Assembly: GCA_044357345.1 (NCBI GenBank)
Contig: JBIKPR010000002.1
Location: 21,914-85,913 of the forward strand
Reading direction: 5' to 3'
Source: Bacteroidia bacterium
Lineage (GTDB): Bacteria > Bacteroidota > Bacteroidia > NS11-12g > UBA955
DNA: 64,000 bases
Program-made: the position numbers and the translations under genes
The notes under the pieces: model-generated
The model's database searches: none
The model's input: the letters and a program-made list of their open reading frames with translations, nothing else
Told to the model about the DNA's origin: nothing
In this document: positions 55,984-64,000 of the stretch, in pieces
How the letters are laid out: every line of letters starts with the position of its first letter
Numbering within the stretch: the stretch's first letter is position 1

Positions 55984-56328
55984 ATGTCAAAAAACAAAGC
56001 AAAATTAAGCATTGTAAGCAGTTTAGTTGCCGCATCAGTGCTTGTCTTTGCTTCATGTAGTAAAGAGAAAATTGCAGTAAATGCAGTGAACGAATCTAGC
56101 AACAGTGCTTTAACCGAAGTTTCGGTTTTAGCATCTAACATGGTGGCTAAGCAAGCCTTGGTTAAATTCAGAAAAGGAACTCCAGTTAACGCAAAGAATG
56201 ATGCTTTTGCAAGAGTTTCTGCCAAAACTGAAGAATTTATCTTCACCAAATCTATGGAAGTATCTGGTGAAACAGAGGGGTTGTATTTAATCAGTTTTCC
56301 AGCAGAGAAAGTGTTACCGTTCAGTTAG
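55984..56328 (+). CDS. small putative lipoprotein
   Basis: 114 aa, lipobox VFASC. The central ALVKFRKGTP...EGLYLISFP loosely resembles a subtilase I9 propeptide. Confidence 0.4.
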   Translation: MSKNKAKLSIVSSLVAASVLVFASCSKEKIAVNAVNESSNSALTEVSVLASNMVAKQALVKFRKGTPVNAKNDAFARVSAKTEEFIFTKSMEVSGETEGLYLISFPAEKVLPFS

Positions 56329-56624
56329 AAAAAGGAAGGTATATTTTAGAAGTATTGTTAATGAAGGTGCATGGAAGCAAGTCTTGGTCATTCAATAAGG
56401 AAAAAACATACATTTTTGAAGCTCTTAGATCTATAGATCTTAGAACTTTTTCTTTTTGTAATACTTCAGATCAATGAAATTAAGTCCAATATGATTCGCA
56501 TACGCGTTTCTTAAAAAACCACTTGCATAATTCGATTATAGTTCTATATTTGTTTTTCGAAGTGAGGGAAAGTTCAAAATAAAATCGAGTTTAATGATGC
56601 CAATATATATATCTACAAACACTT

Positions 56625-59600
56625 ATGAAAAGAAACTTACTTATTCTATTATGGAAACGCTGTGGCGTTTTGTTTTTAACCCTGCTGCCTTTTTTAGGTC
56701 ACGCACAGTTAAGCGGTAATTATACCATTAATCCGACTATTTCAGCCAGCAATACCAATTACCAAAATTGGGCTTCTGCAGTTGGTGACTTGATAAGTGG
56801 CTCGCGTAGCGATGGTGGAAACGCACAAGGTTCTGGTGTTAGTGGTGCTGTTGTGTTTTCTGTTTACGACACCGTTTACAACAATGTGGCCGTTGAGATT
56901 ACTGCAATTACAGGGGCTTCGTCTACCAACAGCATTACCTTTAAATCATCTAGGGGTGACAGCTCGAAATGTATTTTGAAAAACGCTTCTTCATCTTCGA
57001 GCACCAACGATTTTGTTTTGTCTTTGTATGGTGCCGATTACATCAATTTTAAACAAATTGGTTTTGAACGCACGGGAACTCAAACCTATTGCACCGTGGT
57101 GCAAATTTGGAACGATGCCGACTACAATACCTTTACACGTTGTTATTTGCGGGGTAGAAAAATGCCCAGCAATTCGAGTTTAGGTTTTAATTATGGCATT
57201 GGATCTTGTTTCTTTATTTCAGGCAATGCCGATTACACGCAATTGCTTCAAAATAGAATGTTGTACGGCTATAATGGATTGTATTGCGCAACGGCAAATA
57301 CTGGGTTTTTAATAGATAAAAATATTATTGATACCAGTGGTTCTGCAGGAATTTATATGACTGGTCAAACCACTTTGCGCATCACCAACAATCAATTTAG
57401 AATGGGTGACTTTGGCCCCAACCAAGGACACTACACCTCTTATGGTATGCGCATTGAATCGTCGCCAAGCATGGTGATAGCGGGAAATAAAGTTCAAATG
57501 CTTACGGTCAATTCGCAGGTATGCAGAGCTGTTATTTTAGCCGGCACCACCAGCACAGCTTCGGCGCCAACTTTGGTGTACAACAATTGGATATTGAACA
57601 GCGGAGGTACGGGCGATTGTACCGGTTTGGCCGTTTACTTATGCAGTTATTTAAATTTTTATTACAACAATGTCTTGGTTAATTCATCTCTTTCTAGTGG
57701 TGCCGCTTATTACCATTATCCTCAATACTCAAATTCTTACATCCGTTTAGTTAACAACAATTTGATCAACAAAGGGGCAGGGTATGCCATCAATGTTCCT
57801 GGTACCAATACTGCAGATTTCGATTCTGTTGATTACAATAATTTGTTCAGTGCTGGAACGAATTTAGGTCAATGGTCTGCAACCAATTACACCAGCATGT
57901 CTGCCTGGAAATCTAATACCGGTAAAGATGCCAATTCAATGAATTTGGATCCAGGTTATTTGAGTACTTCCGATCTGCATATTTCAAGTATAGGATTAAA
58001 CGGAAAAGCTTTGAAATTGGCTTGGGTAAAAACAGATATAGACAATGAGATGCGCGACACGAGTGCTCCAGATATTGGTGCGGATGAATTTTTCCCAGTA
58101 TCCCGTGATATTGGTATTACTAGTCTCGACAGTCCTATGGTTTTTTGTGCTGGTACACATAAAGTAAAAGTGCGTTTTCAGAATTATGGATCAGACACCA
58201 TTAAGTCCACTCAAATTGTGTGGCAGGTAAATACTGTTGCACAAACTTCCTACAATTGGACAGGTGTATTGGCTCCTGGAGCAACTTCTGCAGCTATCCA
58301 AATTGGAACTTATACCGTAAGTGCCAACACGCCTTACACCTTTAAGATGTGGACACGGATTCCAAATAATTTGAGCGACGGGAAACCCGCCAATGACACC
58401 TTGAAGGTCACGCGTTTGGCGGGCTTAAGTGGAACATACAGTTTGGGTGATACCGCAGGAACCGATTTTAAGTCGTTTAACGATGCCATTAATTCATTGT
58501 CAGCGCGCGGTATTTGTGGTCCAATAACTTTTAATGTTCGACCAGGTGTTTACAACGAACAAATCACTTTCCTGCAATTGCCGGGCATGGGTGTAAGCAA
58601 TCCAATTGTGTTTCAAAACAGAACCAAAGATAGCTCGAATGTTATGATCACCTTGCCCTCGACCACAGCAACTGGCAATAACAATGCGACCTTGCAATTG
58701 AGGGGTGCTGACTATGTTACATTTAAAGGAATTACCTTTACAAGAACGGGGGTTAATCCATATGCGTATGTTATACATATCTTAAATGGGTCTAACCACA
58801 ACACGTTTTCACATTGTCAAATGATAGGTGTTAAAGCGGCATCTTCAACTGCTACGGCGGTGAATGTGTGGTCGGATGCTGGGGTTGATGAATACAATGT
58901 GTTTTCAAACAACAATATTCGATTGGGGACTTACAATTTCTTATATACCTCGGGCAATAATTCTGCTCACGAGCAAGGTACGGTATTGGATGGAAATGTA
59001 TTTGACAGTTCATACAACCAAGCGGTATTGATTAACTACAACGATGGCATGGTGATTAAGAACAATACCTTCTTAAACAACAGCACGGCTTTGTCGGGTA
59101 ATTCGCATATTCAATTAAAGCGCTGTGACAATCTTGTTCGAATAGAAAACAACCGATTTACAGGAACGAATGCTGAATCGGCTGTGTTGTTAAGCAATTG
59201 CACTTCCAACAGCAGCGCGCCAAGTTTGGTGGTTAACAATGTGGTGACTAAAGGAATAGGAAAAGGATTTTCTATTGATACCGCACAAAACTATACTTTC
59301 GGTTTTAACAGCATGTATTTTAGCACCAATGCAAATACCAATGCTGGGATATATTCAATGCACAATGCCAATGGTGGATTGTCTTTCTTGAACAACAATA
59401 TTTATATGGCTGGCGGTGATGCATTTAATGTGATAGCGCCAAGTTCAATAACAACAAGTAACTACAATAATTTAATTTCTAAAGGCACTCAGTTTTCTTA
59501 TTGGGGTGCTGCTACCAGCGATTTGGCGAGTTTGAGATCAGTAAGTGGTAAAGAGCAAAATTCATTGTCTGTTGATCCGTTTTTTACCTCTTCATTAAAC

Positions 59601-61511
59601 TTGCATATCATCAATCCACTGATGAAGAATTCAGGCACACCGATAGTTGGAGTAAAATTGGATTTTGATGGTGAAAAACGCGACAGTTTGAAACCCGATA
59701 TTGGGGCTGACGAATTTAAATTGGCCGCCAACGATGCTGGGGTTTCTGATTTATACAAACCATTGGCGGGTAGTTGTGCAGGTTTATTGCCACTGGAAAT
59801 TGTTTTGAACAATTATGGCGGAGATACCTTGAAGTCTGTGACCATAGAATGGAAGGCAGCAGGCGTTCCGCAAACACCATTTACATGGACAGGGGTTTTG
59901 TTGAGCAAGCAAAGAGATACCTTTGTATTGGGTAATTTCAATTTTGCAAAAACACTAAACCCTAAATTTATAATTTGGAGCAGTTTGCCAAACGGACAAA
60001 CAGATGCCATTCGATTTAACGACACCTTTACAGGCAACCGTTCTACCAGAGCTTTGCCTGCTGCCGATGCGGGTGTTGATCAAACAGCCTGTGCAGGAGT
60101 AGGCGTGGTATTGGGTCCTAATGCGGTTACAGGTAATACCTATGTATGGAATGATATTGACAACCAAGTTCAGGTTGGTACAGCCTCGAAAATTTCAGTG
60201 ACGCCACCAACTAAAACCAGTTATGAATTGATTGTAACCAATAGTGCTTTTGGTTGCAGCAAACGAGATACGGTGGTGGTAAGTATCAACGCTTCGCCAA
60301 TTGCAAATGCAGGTGTCGATAAGTCGGTTTGTTTTGGGTCTTTTGTTTCGATAGGAACCGCAGCGCAGTCAGGATTTACATACTCATGGAGCAGTTCACC
60401 TAGTGGCTATACAAATTCAACAGCCAATCCAAGTATCTTAGCTCTACAAACCACTTTGTATATTGTGCAAAAGACGATTACATCAAGTTCGTGCAGCGAT
60501 TTGGATACCGTATTGGTAACTGTTAATGCTTTGCCATCACCAACTATTTCAGGAACCGCAGCCATGTGTCAAGGCACAGAACAAATTTATAGCACCAAAT
60601 TGAATGTGGGCAGTACCTACAAATGGAGCAATGCAATCGGGCAATTTATCAGCGGGCAAAACAGCAATTCGACCAATATAAAATGGAATAGCGCTGGACT
60701 GGATAATATTAGTGTTGTAGAGACGAATTCAAAGGGTTGTAAGGATACAGTTTATTATTCGATTGAGGTCTATACAAAACCAATTTCGAAATTCACTGCC
60801 ACCGATGCTTGTGTGGGTGCCGCTGTGCAATTTAGCGATTCAAGTAAGGGGGCAACAAGTTGGTCTTGGAACTTTGCAGATGGTAATTTGTCTACGCAAA
60901 GGAATCCTTCCCATACCTTTAACAGTGCAGCTTCTTACAATGTACAACAAATTGTTTCCAGTCAGTATGGCTGTGTGGATACCAGTGTAACTACAACTTA
61001 TGTAAATCCTTCGCCAAAAGCAAAATTCGGAATGAAAAAAGGGCAATCCTTAGATTTTACTTTTACAGATTCTACGCTTAAAAATGGGGGAACGATAGTG
61101 TCTTATATTTGGTATTTTGGGGATGGCGATTCAGTGGTGTATTCTTCGCAAACAAACCCTCAACATACCTATAAGGCTGAGGGGAATTACACAGTACGAT
61201 TGTGTGTGAAGACCAATAGGGATTGTGAAAGTTGCACCACTATGCAGGTGTCAGCAGTGGGATTGAATCAGATTCGAATTTCAAATTTGAAAATTTATCC
61301 AAATCCGAATGCTGGGGTGTTTGAATTAAGTGCCGATGAAGTCATTGAGCAAATAGAAGTAATGAATGTTGCCGGTCAAGTGGTTCGGAAAATTGATGCA
61401 GGAAGTAAGCAAATGGAGATTGATATACGGGCATTGAAAAATGGCATTTACTTTATACGTGTTCAAATAAACGGATACAGCAGTGTGGTAAAAATAATAA
61501 AGCAAGGATAG
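56625..61511 (+). CDS. giant T9SS-secreted surface protein (parallel beta-helix repeats, duplicated CARDB-like modules, PKD domains)
   Basis: Signal peptide. Two beta-helix blocks each end in DIGADEF and are followed by a module with shared residues in the same order. PKD domain (FSDSSKGATSWSWNFADGNLSTQRNPSHTF). C-terminal KIYPNPNAGVFEL...GIYFIRVQ. Confidence 0.75.
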   Translation: MKRNLLILLWKRCGVLFLTLLPFLGHAQLSGNYTINPTISASNTNYQNWASAVGDLISGSRSDGGNAQGSGVSGAVVFSVYDTVYNNVAVEITAITGASSTNSITFKSSRGDSSKCILKNASSSSSTNDFVLSLYGADYINFKQIGFERTGTQTYCTVVQIWNDADYNTFTRCYLRGRKMPSNSSLGFNYGIGSCFFISGNADYTQLLQNRMLYGYNGLYCATANTGFLIDKNIIDTSGSAGIYMTGQTTLRITNNQFRMGDFGPNQGHYTSYGMRIESSPSMVIAGNKVQMLTVNSQVCRAVILAGTTSTASAPTLVYNNWILNSGGTGDCTGLAVYLCSYLNFYYNNVLVNSSLSSGAAYYHYPQYSNSYIRLVNNNLINKGAGYAINVPGTNTADFDSVDYNNLFSAGTNLGQWSATNYTSMSAWKSNTGKDANSMNLDPGYLSTSDLHISSIGLNGKALKLAWVKTDIDNEMRDTSAPDIGADEFFPVSRDIGITSLDSPMVFCAGTHKVKVRFQNYGSDTIKSTQIVWQVNTVAQTSYNWTGVLAPGATSAAIQIGTYTVSANTPYTFKMWTRIPNNLSDGKPANDTLKVTRLAGLSGTYSLGDTAGTDFKSFNDAINSLSARGICGPITFNVRPGVYNEQITFLQLPGMGVSNPIVFQNRTKDSSNVMITLPSTTATGNNNATLQLRGADYVTFKGITFTRTGVNPYAYVIHILNGSNHNTFSHCQMIGVKAASSTATAVNVWSDAGVDEYNVFSNNNIRLGTYNFLYTSGNNSAHEQGTVLDGNVFDSSYNQAVLINYNDGMVIKNNTFLNNSTALSGNSHIQLKRCDNLVRIENNRFTGTNAESAVLLSNCTSNSSAPSLVVNNVVTKGIGKGFSIDTAQNYTFGFNSMYFSTNANTNAGIYSMHNANGGLSFLNNNIYMAGGDAFNVIAPSSITTSNYNNLISKGTQFSYWGAATSDLASLRSVSGKEQNSLSVDPFFTSSLNLHIINPLMKNSGTPIVGVKLDFDGEKRDSLKPDIGADEFKLAANDAGVSDLYKPLAGSCAGLLPLEIVLNNYGGDTLKSVTIEWKAAGVPQTPFTWTGVLLSKQRDTFVLGNFNFAKTLNPKFIIWSSLPNGQTDAIRFNDTFTGNRSTRALPAADAGVDQTACAGVGVVLGPNAVTGNTYVWNDIDNQVQVGTASKISVTPPTKTSYELIVTNSAFGCSKRDTVVVSINASPIANAGVDKSVCFGSFVSIGTAAQSGFTYSWSSSPSGYTNSTANPSILALQTTLYIVQKTITSSSCSDLDTVLVTVNALPSPTISGTAAMCQGTEQIYSTKLNVGSTYKWSNAIGQFISGQNSNSTNIKWNSAGLDNISVVETNSKGCKDTVYYSIEVYTKPISKFTATDACVGAAVQFSDSSKGATSWSWNFADGNLSTQRNPSHTFNSAASYNVQQIVSSQYGCVDTSVTTTYVNPSPKAKFGMKKGQSLDFTFTDSTLKNGGTIVSYIWYFGDGDSVVYSSQTNPQHTYKAEGNYTVRLCVKTNRDCESCTTMQVSAVGLNQIRISNLKIYPNPNAGVFELSADEVIEQIEVMNVAGQVVRKIDAGSKQMEIDIRALKNGIYFIRVQINGYSSVVKIIKQG

Positions 61512-61539
61512 TTTTTAAAATTAAATTGAGACGAGAATG

Positions 61540-61570
61540 CCCGCGCCCTATGGGGTGCGGGTTTCTTTTT
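61540..61570 (+). terminator. Rho-independent terminator
   Basis: cccgcgccc-tatg-gggtgcggg followed by tttcttttt. Confidence 0.65.
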
Positions 61571-61623
61571 AGACAATTATTGACACTAAATTTGGTCGGT
61601 TAAAAACGAATTTTAATCAAATA

Positions 61624-61648
61624 TAGTACTTTGTATTGCATAGTACTA
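61624..61648. promoter_or_regulatory. inverted repeat tagtact-N11-agtacta, candidate PadR operator
   Basis: 7-nt arms around an 11-nt spacer, immediately upstream of the -7 box of the padR-like gene. Confidence 0.3.
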
Positions 61649-61658
61649 AAATATTTTA

Positions 61659-61666
61659 TATGTTTG
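61659..61666 (+). promoter_or_regulatory. Bacteroidota -7 promoter box upstream of the PadR-PspC operon
   Basis: tatgtttg, 4 nt before the ATG at 61671. Confidence 0.4.
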
Positions 61667-61670
61667 CAGC

Positions 61671-62000
61671 ATGGATTTGGAGAATACACAATCGCAAATG
61701 CGGAAAGGGATCTTGGAATATTGCATTATGTGCATTATAGACAAGAAGGAATGCTATGCGTCGGATATAATTGATCGAATGAAGGAAGCCAAATTAATTG
61801 TGGTTGAAGGAACCTTGTATCCTTTGTTGACCCGATTAAAAAATGCTGGCTTATTGAATTATAAGTGGGAAGAATCGAAATCGGGACCACCGAGAAAATA
61901 TTACACTTTAACCACCGAGGGAGAAGAATTTTTAGAAGGCATGCATGCCACTTGGAGTGAGCTGAGCGGCGCAGTAAATAAAATATTAAAAAACAAATAA
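61671..62000 (+). CDS. PadR family transcriptional regulator
   Basis: 109 aa with the winged-helix pattern YASDIIDRM...EGTLYPLLTRLKNAGLL...PPRKYYTLT. Confidence 0.9.
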   Translation: MDLENTQSQMRKGILEYCIMCIIDKKECYASDIIDRMKEAKLIVVEGTLYPLLTRLKNAGLLNYKWEESKSGPPRKYYTLTTEGEEFLEGMHATWSELSGAVNKILKNK

Positions 62001-62016
62001 AAACACCATTGATCTT

Positions 62017-63549
62017 ATGAATAAAATCATTTCAGCCAACATTAACGGATTTGTCTTTCAGATAGACGAATTGGCTTACACCAAATTAAAAGCTTATTTA
62101 GACATGATTAAGCAAAAGGTTGGCAATGCCGAAGTTGCTCAAGACATTGAGAACCGTATTGCAGAACTATTTAGTGAGCGCTTAAAAAATGGAAGCACAG
62201 CCATATTCGACCAAGACGTTGATGAGGTGATGCATCAAATAGGCAAGCCAGAGCAATTTGGCACCGAAGAACAAGAAGAAAAAGCAGATGGAAGTTCATC
62301 TAGCTCTACTTATCAAGAGCCTCTTAAACGCAGATTGTATAGAGATGCTGACGATAAAGTCATCGGTGGTGTGTGTAGTGGTATAGCTACTTATTTCGGA
62401 TTAGATCCTGTGATTATCCGCTTGGCTTTCGCTGGCGCCTTATTCTTTTTTGGTTCAGGCGTGGTCTTGTATATTTTGTTGATGATTGTATTGCCTAAAG
62501 CAGAAACACCTGCGCAAAAATTGGAAATGCGCGGCGAGCCGGTCGACTATAAGAATGTGTCAAAAACAGTTGAGAAAGAATTTAAAGATGCGTTTTCAAA
62601 ATACAAACCTGAGGTAAAAACTGGGGTAGAACGTTTTGTTGAAATAGCGGTTAAAATAGGCATGATCGTCTTGCTCGTCTTTTTAGTAAGCGTACTTATA
62701 CCTGGGGCCTTCGCATTGATAACTGGACTAGGTGTAGCGTCATGGACCTTGCCGACTTTAAGTGCTTTTTTGTTTACCAGCACCACTGAATCGTATTTGA
62801 TTTTATTGGGCTTGGTTTTGTTTACCGTCGTTCCACTGTTTGGCGTCTTGTATGCGATACTTCGAATCTTGTTTAAAGTAAGACCCTTGCACAAAGCCAT
62901 AAGCATAGGCTTGTCTTTAATTTGGTTCACTGGTTTTTGTATATTGGCGTATAGCACCTATAATATTGGCAAGCAGTTTTCGAATGTAAATAAAGTGCTT
63001 GAAATCGATACCTTGCCTACAGTTGGATATCAATCAAATTTAATTGTGAAAGTTGAAAATTCTGATTTGGCTTATTATGAAGATAACACGGTTAAAATTA
63101 ATGGTATTAAAATGAATATTAAATACAAGAACGAGGATGGTGTTGAAAACGAGATTAATTCACCAGAAGAAATGCATGAGTTTTTGGACCGTAAGGTTGG
63201 TGAAAATGTGCATTTGAGAATTGTTCAAGGGTTTACCGATAAGCCAGTTTTGAAAATTCAAAAACAATCAAGGGGCTTAGATAAAAGAAATGCATTTATG
63301 AATGCAGAACAAATTGTTTATGAATATACATTCAAAGATTCGGTATTGAATTTGTCTCCAATTTTTTCGCTTAAAACAGATCAATTGTGGCGCAATCAAA
63401 AAGTAATAATGACTTTAGAAGTTCCAAGAAATTACAATTTGTTGGTGGATCCAAGTTGTGAAGATATATTAGAAGACAACGAACATTTTGAAATGGAATT
63501 TGGCAAGTATTTGCATATTGATAAATTGCAAAAAGGAGAGGAAGAATAG
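62017..63549 (+). CDS. PspC domain-containing membrane protein
   Basis: RDADDKVIGGVCSGIATYFGLDPVIIRLAF followed by TM segments and a long C-terminal domain. Confidence 0.8.
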   Translation: MNKIISANINGFVFQIDELAYTKLKAYLDMIKQKVGNAEVAQDIENRIAELFSERLKNGSTAIFDQDVDEVMHQIGKPEQFGTEEQEEKADGSSSSSTYQEPLKRRLYRDADDKVIGGVCSGIATYFGLDPVIIRLAFAGALFFFGSGVVLYILLMIVLPKAETPAQKLEMRGEPVDYKNVSKTVEKEFKDAFSKYKPEVKTGVERFVEIAVKIGMIVLLVFLVSVLIPGAFALITGLGVASWTLPTLSAFLFTSTTESYLILLGLVLFTVVPLFGVLYAILRILFKVRPLHKAISIGLSLIWFTGFCILAYSTYNIGKQFSNVNKVLEIDTLPTVGYQSNLIVKVENSDLAYYEDNTVKINGIKMNIKYKNEDGVENEINSPEEMHEFLDRKVGENVHLRIVQGFTDKPVLKIQKQSRGLDKRNAFMNAEQIVYEYTFKDSVLNLSPIFSLKTDQLWRNQKVIMTLEVPRNYNLLVDPSCEDILEDNEHFEMEFGKYLHIDKLQKGEEE

Positions 63550-63574
63550 ATATAAATTGGTTTAAAAAATAAAT

Positions 63575-63605
63575 AACCACATTCGGAAACGGGTGTGGTT
63601 TTTTA
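63575..63605. terminator. bidirectional terminator between the convergent PspC-domain and S24 genes
   Basis: aaccacattcgg-aaa-cgggtgtggtt followed by T5, with an A-rich stretch on the other side. Confidence 0.55.
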
Positions 63606-64000
63606 TTGACCTAATTCCACCCGCATGCTGTTAAGCATTTTGATGATGCTGTCTATATTGAGTTCTTCGGTTTTGGTGTCGGAAATATTAAGGGTACAAA
63701 CGAATTCCCAGATTTCTAAAACATCCGCATGTTTAACTTTGTAGGCTTCGTATTGTTTGTTGTCGGAATGCAGTTCGAGGAACTGTGGTTTTTTATAAAC
63801 CCTCTTGTACACGATGCCCTCGTCGCGTGTTATGAGTACATAAGTGCTGCCATCTTTAATGTCTTTAATGGACTCTGAATATTTGCCGATAACAAAACAG
63901 CCGGGTTTAAGTGGAGGCATAGAATCGCCTTTGATCGGGAAGGCGCGGTGTTTGCCAATAATTTTAAACGGCAGGTTCATGTTTGGAAGCTTTTCAAAAT
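63603..64000 (-). CDS. LexA/phage-repressor-like S24 peptidase domain protein (5' end probably beyond the window edge)
   Basis: GDSMPP (catalytic Ser) and VYKRV (Lys). The frame stays open upstream of the ATG at 63980 to the window edge, so the N-terminal HTH domain is probably cut off. Confidence 0.68.
   Translation of the reverse strand, partial: FEKLPNMNLPFKIIGKHRAFPIKGDSMPPLKPGCFVIGKYSESIKDIKDGSTYVLITRDEGIVYKRVYKKPQFLELHSDNKQYEAYKVKHADVLEIWEFVCTLNISDTKTEELNIDSIIKMLNSMRVELGQ

Overview
Low-GC Bacteroidota chromosome segment. The phylum call rests on gldH, four cargo proteins with T9SS C-terminal sorting domains, TAnnTTTG -7 promoter boxes, and a tmRNA with a GENN..AA-type tag. Genus cannot be assigned from sequence alone. 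Most of the window is housekeeping: ruvA (partial), ilvE, rdgB, queA, two skp/ompH, murI, aconitase, rplS, peroxiredoxin, a desaturase, rluB-like, comF, infB, recX, ppx, ndk, nadK, xth, ssrA and nrdAB. Two accessory zones stand out. (1) 37.6-42.6 kb holds a REP-associated tyrosine transposase (RAYT) flanked by a perfect 31-nt inverted pair of hairpin REPs. It also holds an MNT/HEPN toxin-antitoxin pair and 107-bp tandem repeats abutting the 3' end of an unannotated tmRNA gene. (2) 47.4-55.5 kb holds an orphan 302-aa gene, then a two-gene retinal photosystem: a DTE-motif, Met105 proteorhodopsin plus a single ORF fusing lycopene cyclase CrtY to the Brp/Blh beta-carotene dioxygenase. That photosystem is bracketed by composite repeats in the same orientation, and a translationally coupled FIST-sensor/PAS-histidine-kinase pair lies upstream on the same strand. 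Modules of one mosaic, visibly GC-richer repeat family (REP hairpins and associated blocks) fill at least eight intergenic regions. Other notable items are a pseudouridine synthase with a roughly 400-aa N-terminal low-complexity extension encoded by near-perfect 87-bp tandem repeats, a triplicated 49-bp unit after rplS, and several long perfect palindromes. I found no CRISPR array, rRNA or tRNA gene, and no recognisable multi-gene defence island. All domain and family calls come from motif recognition by eye, not from searches.
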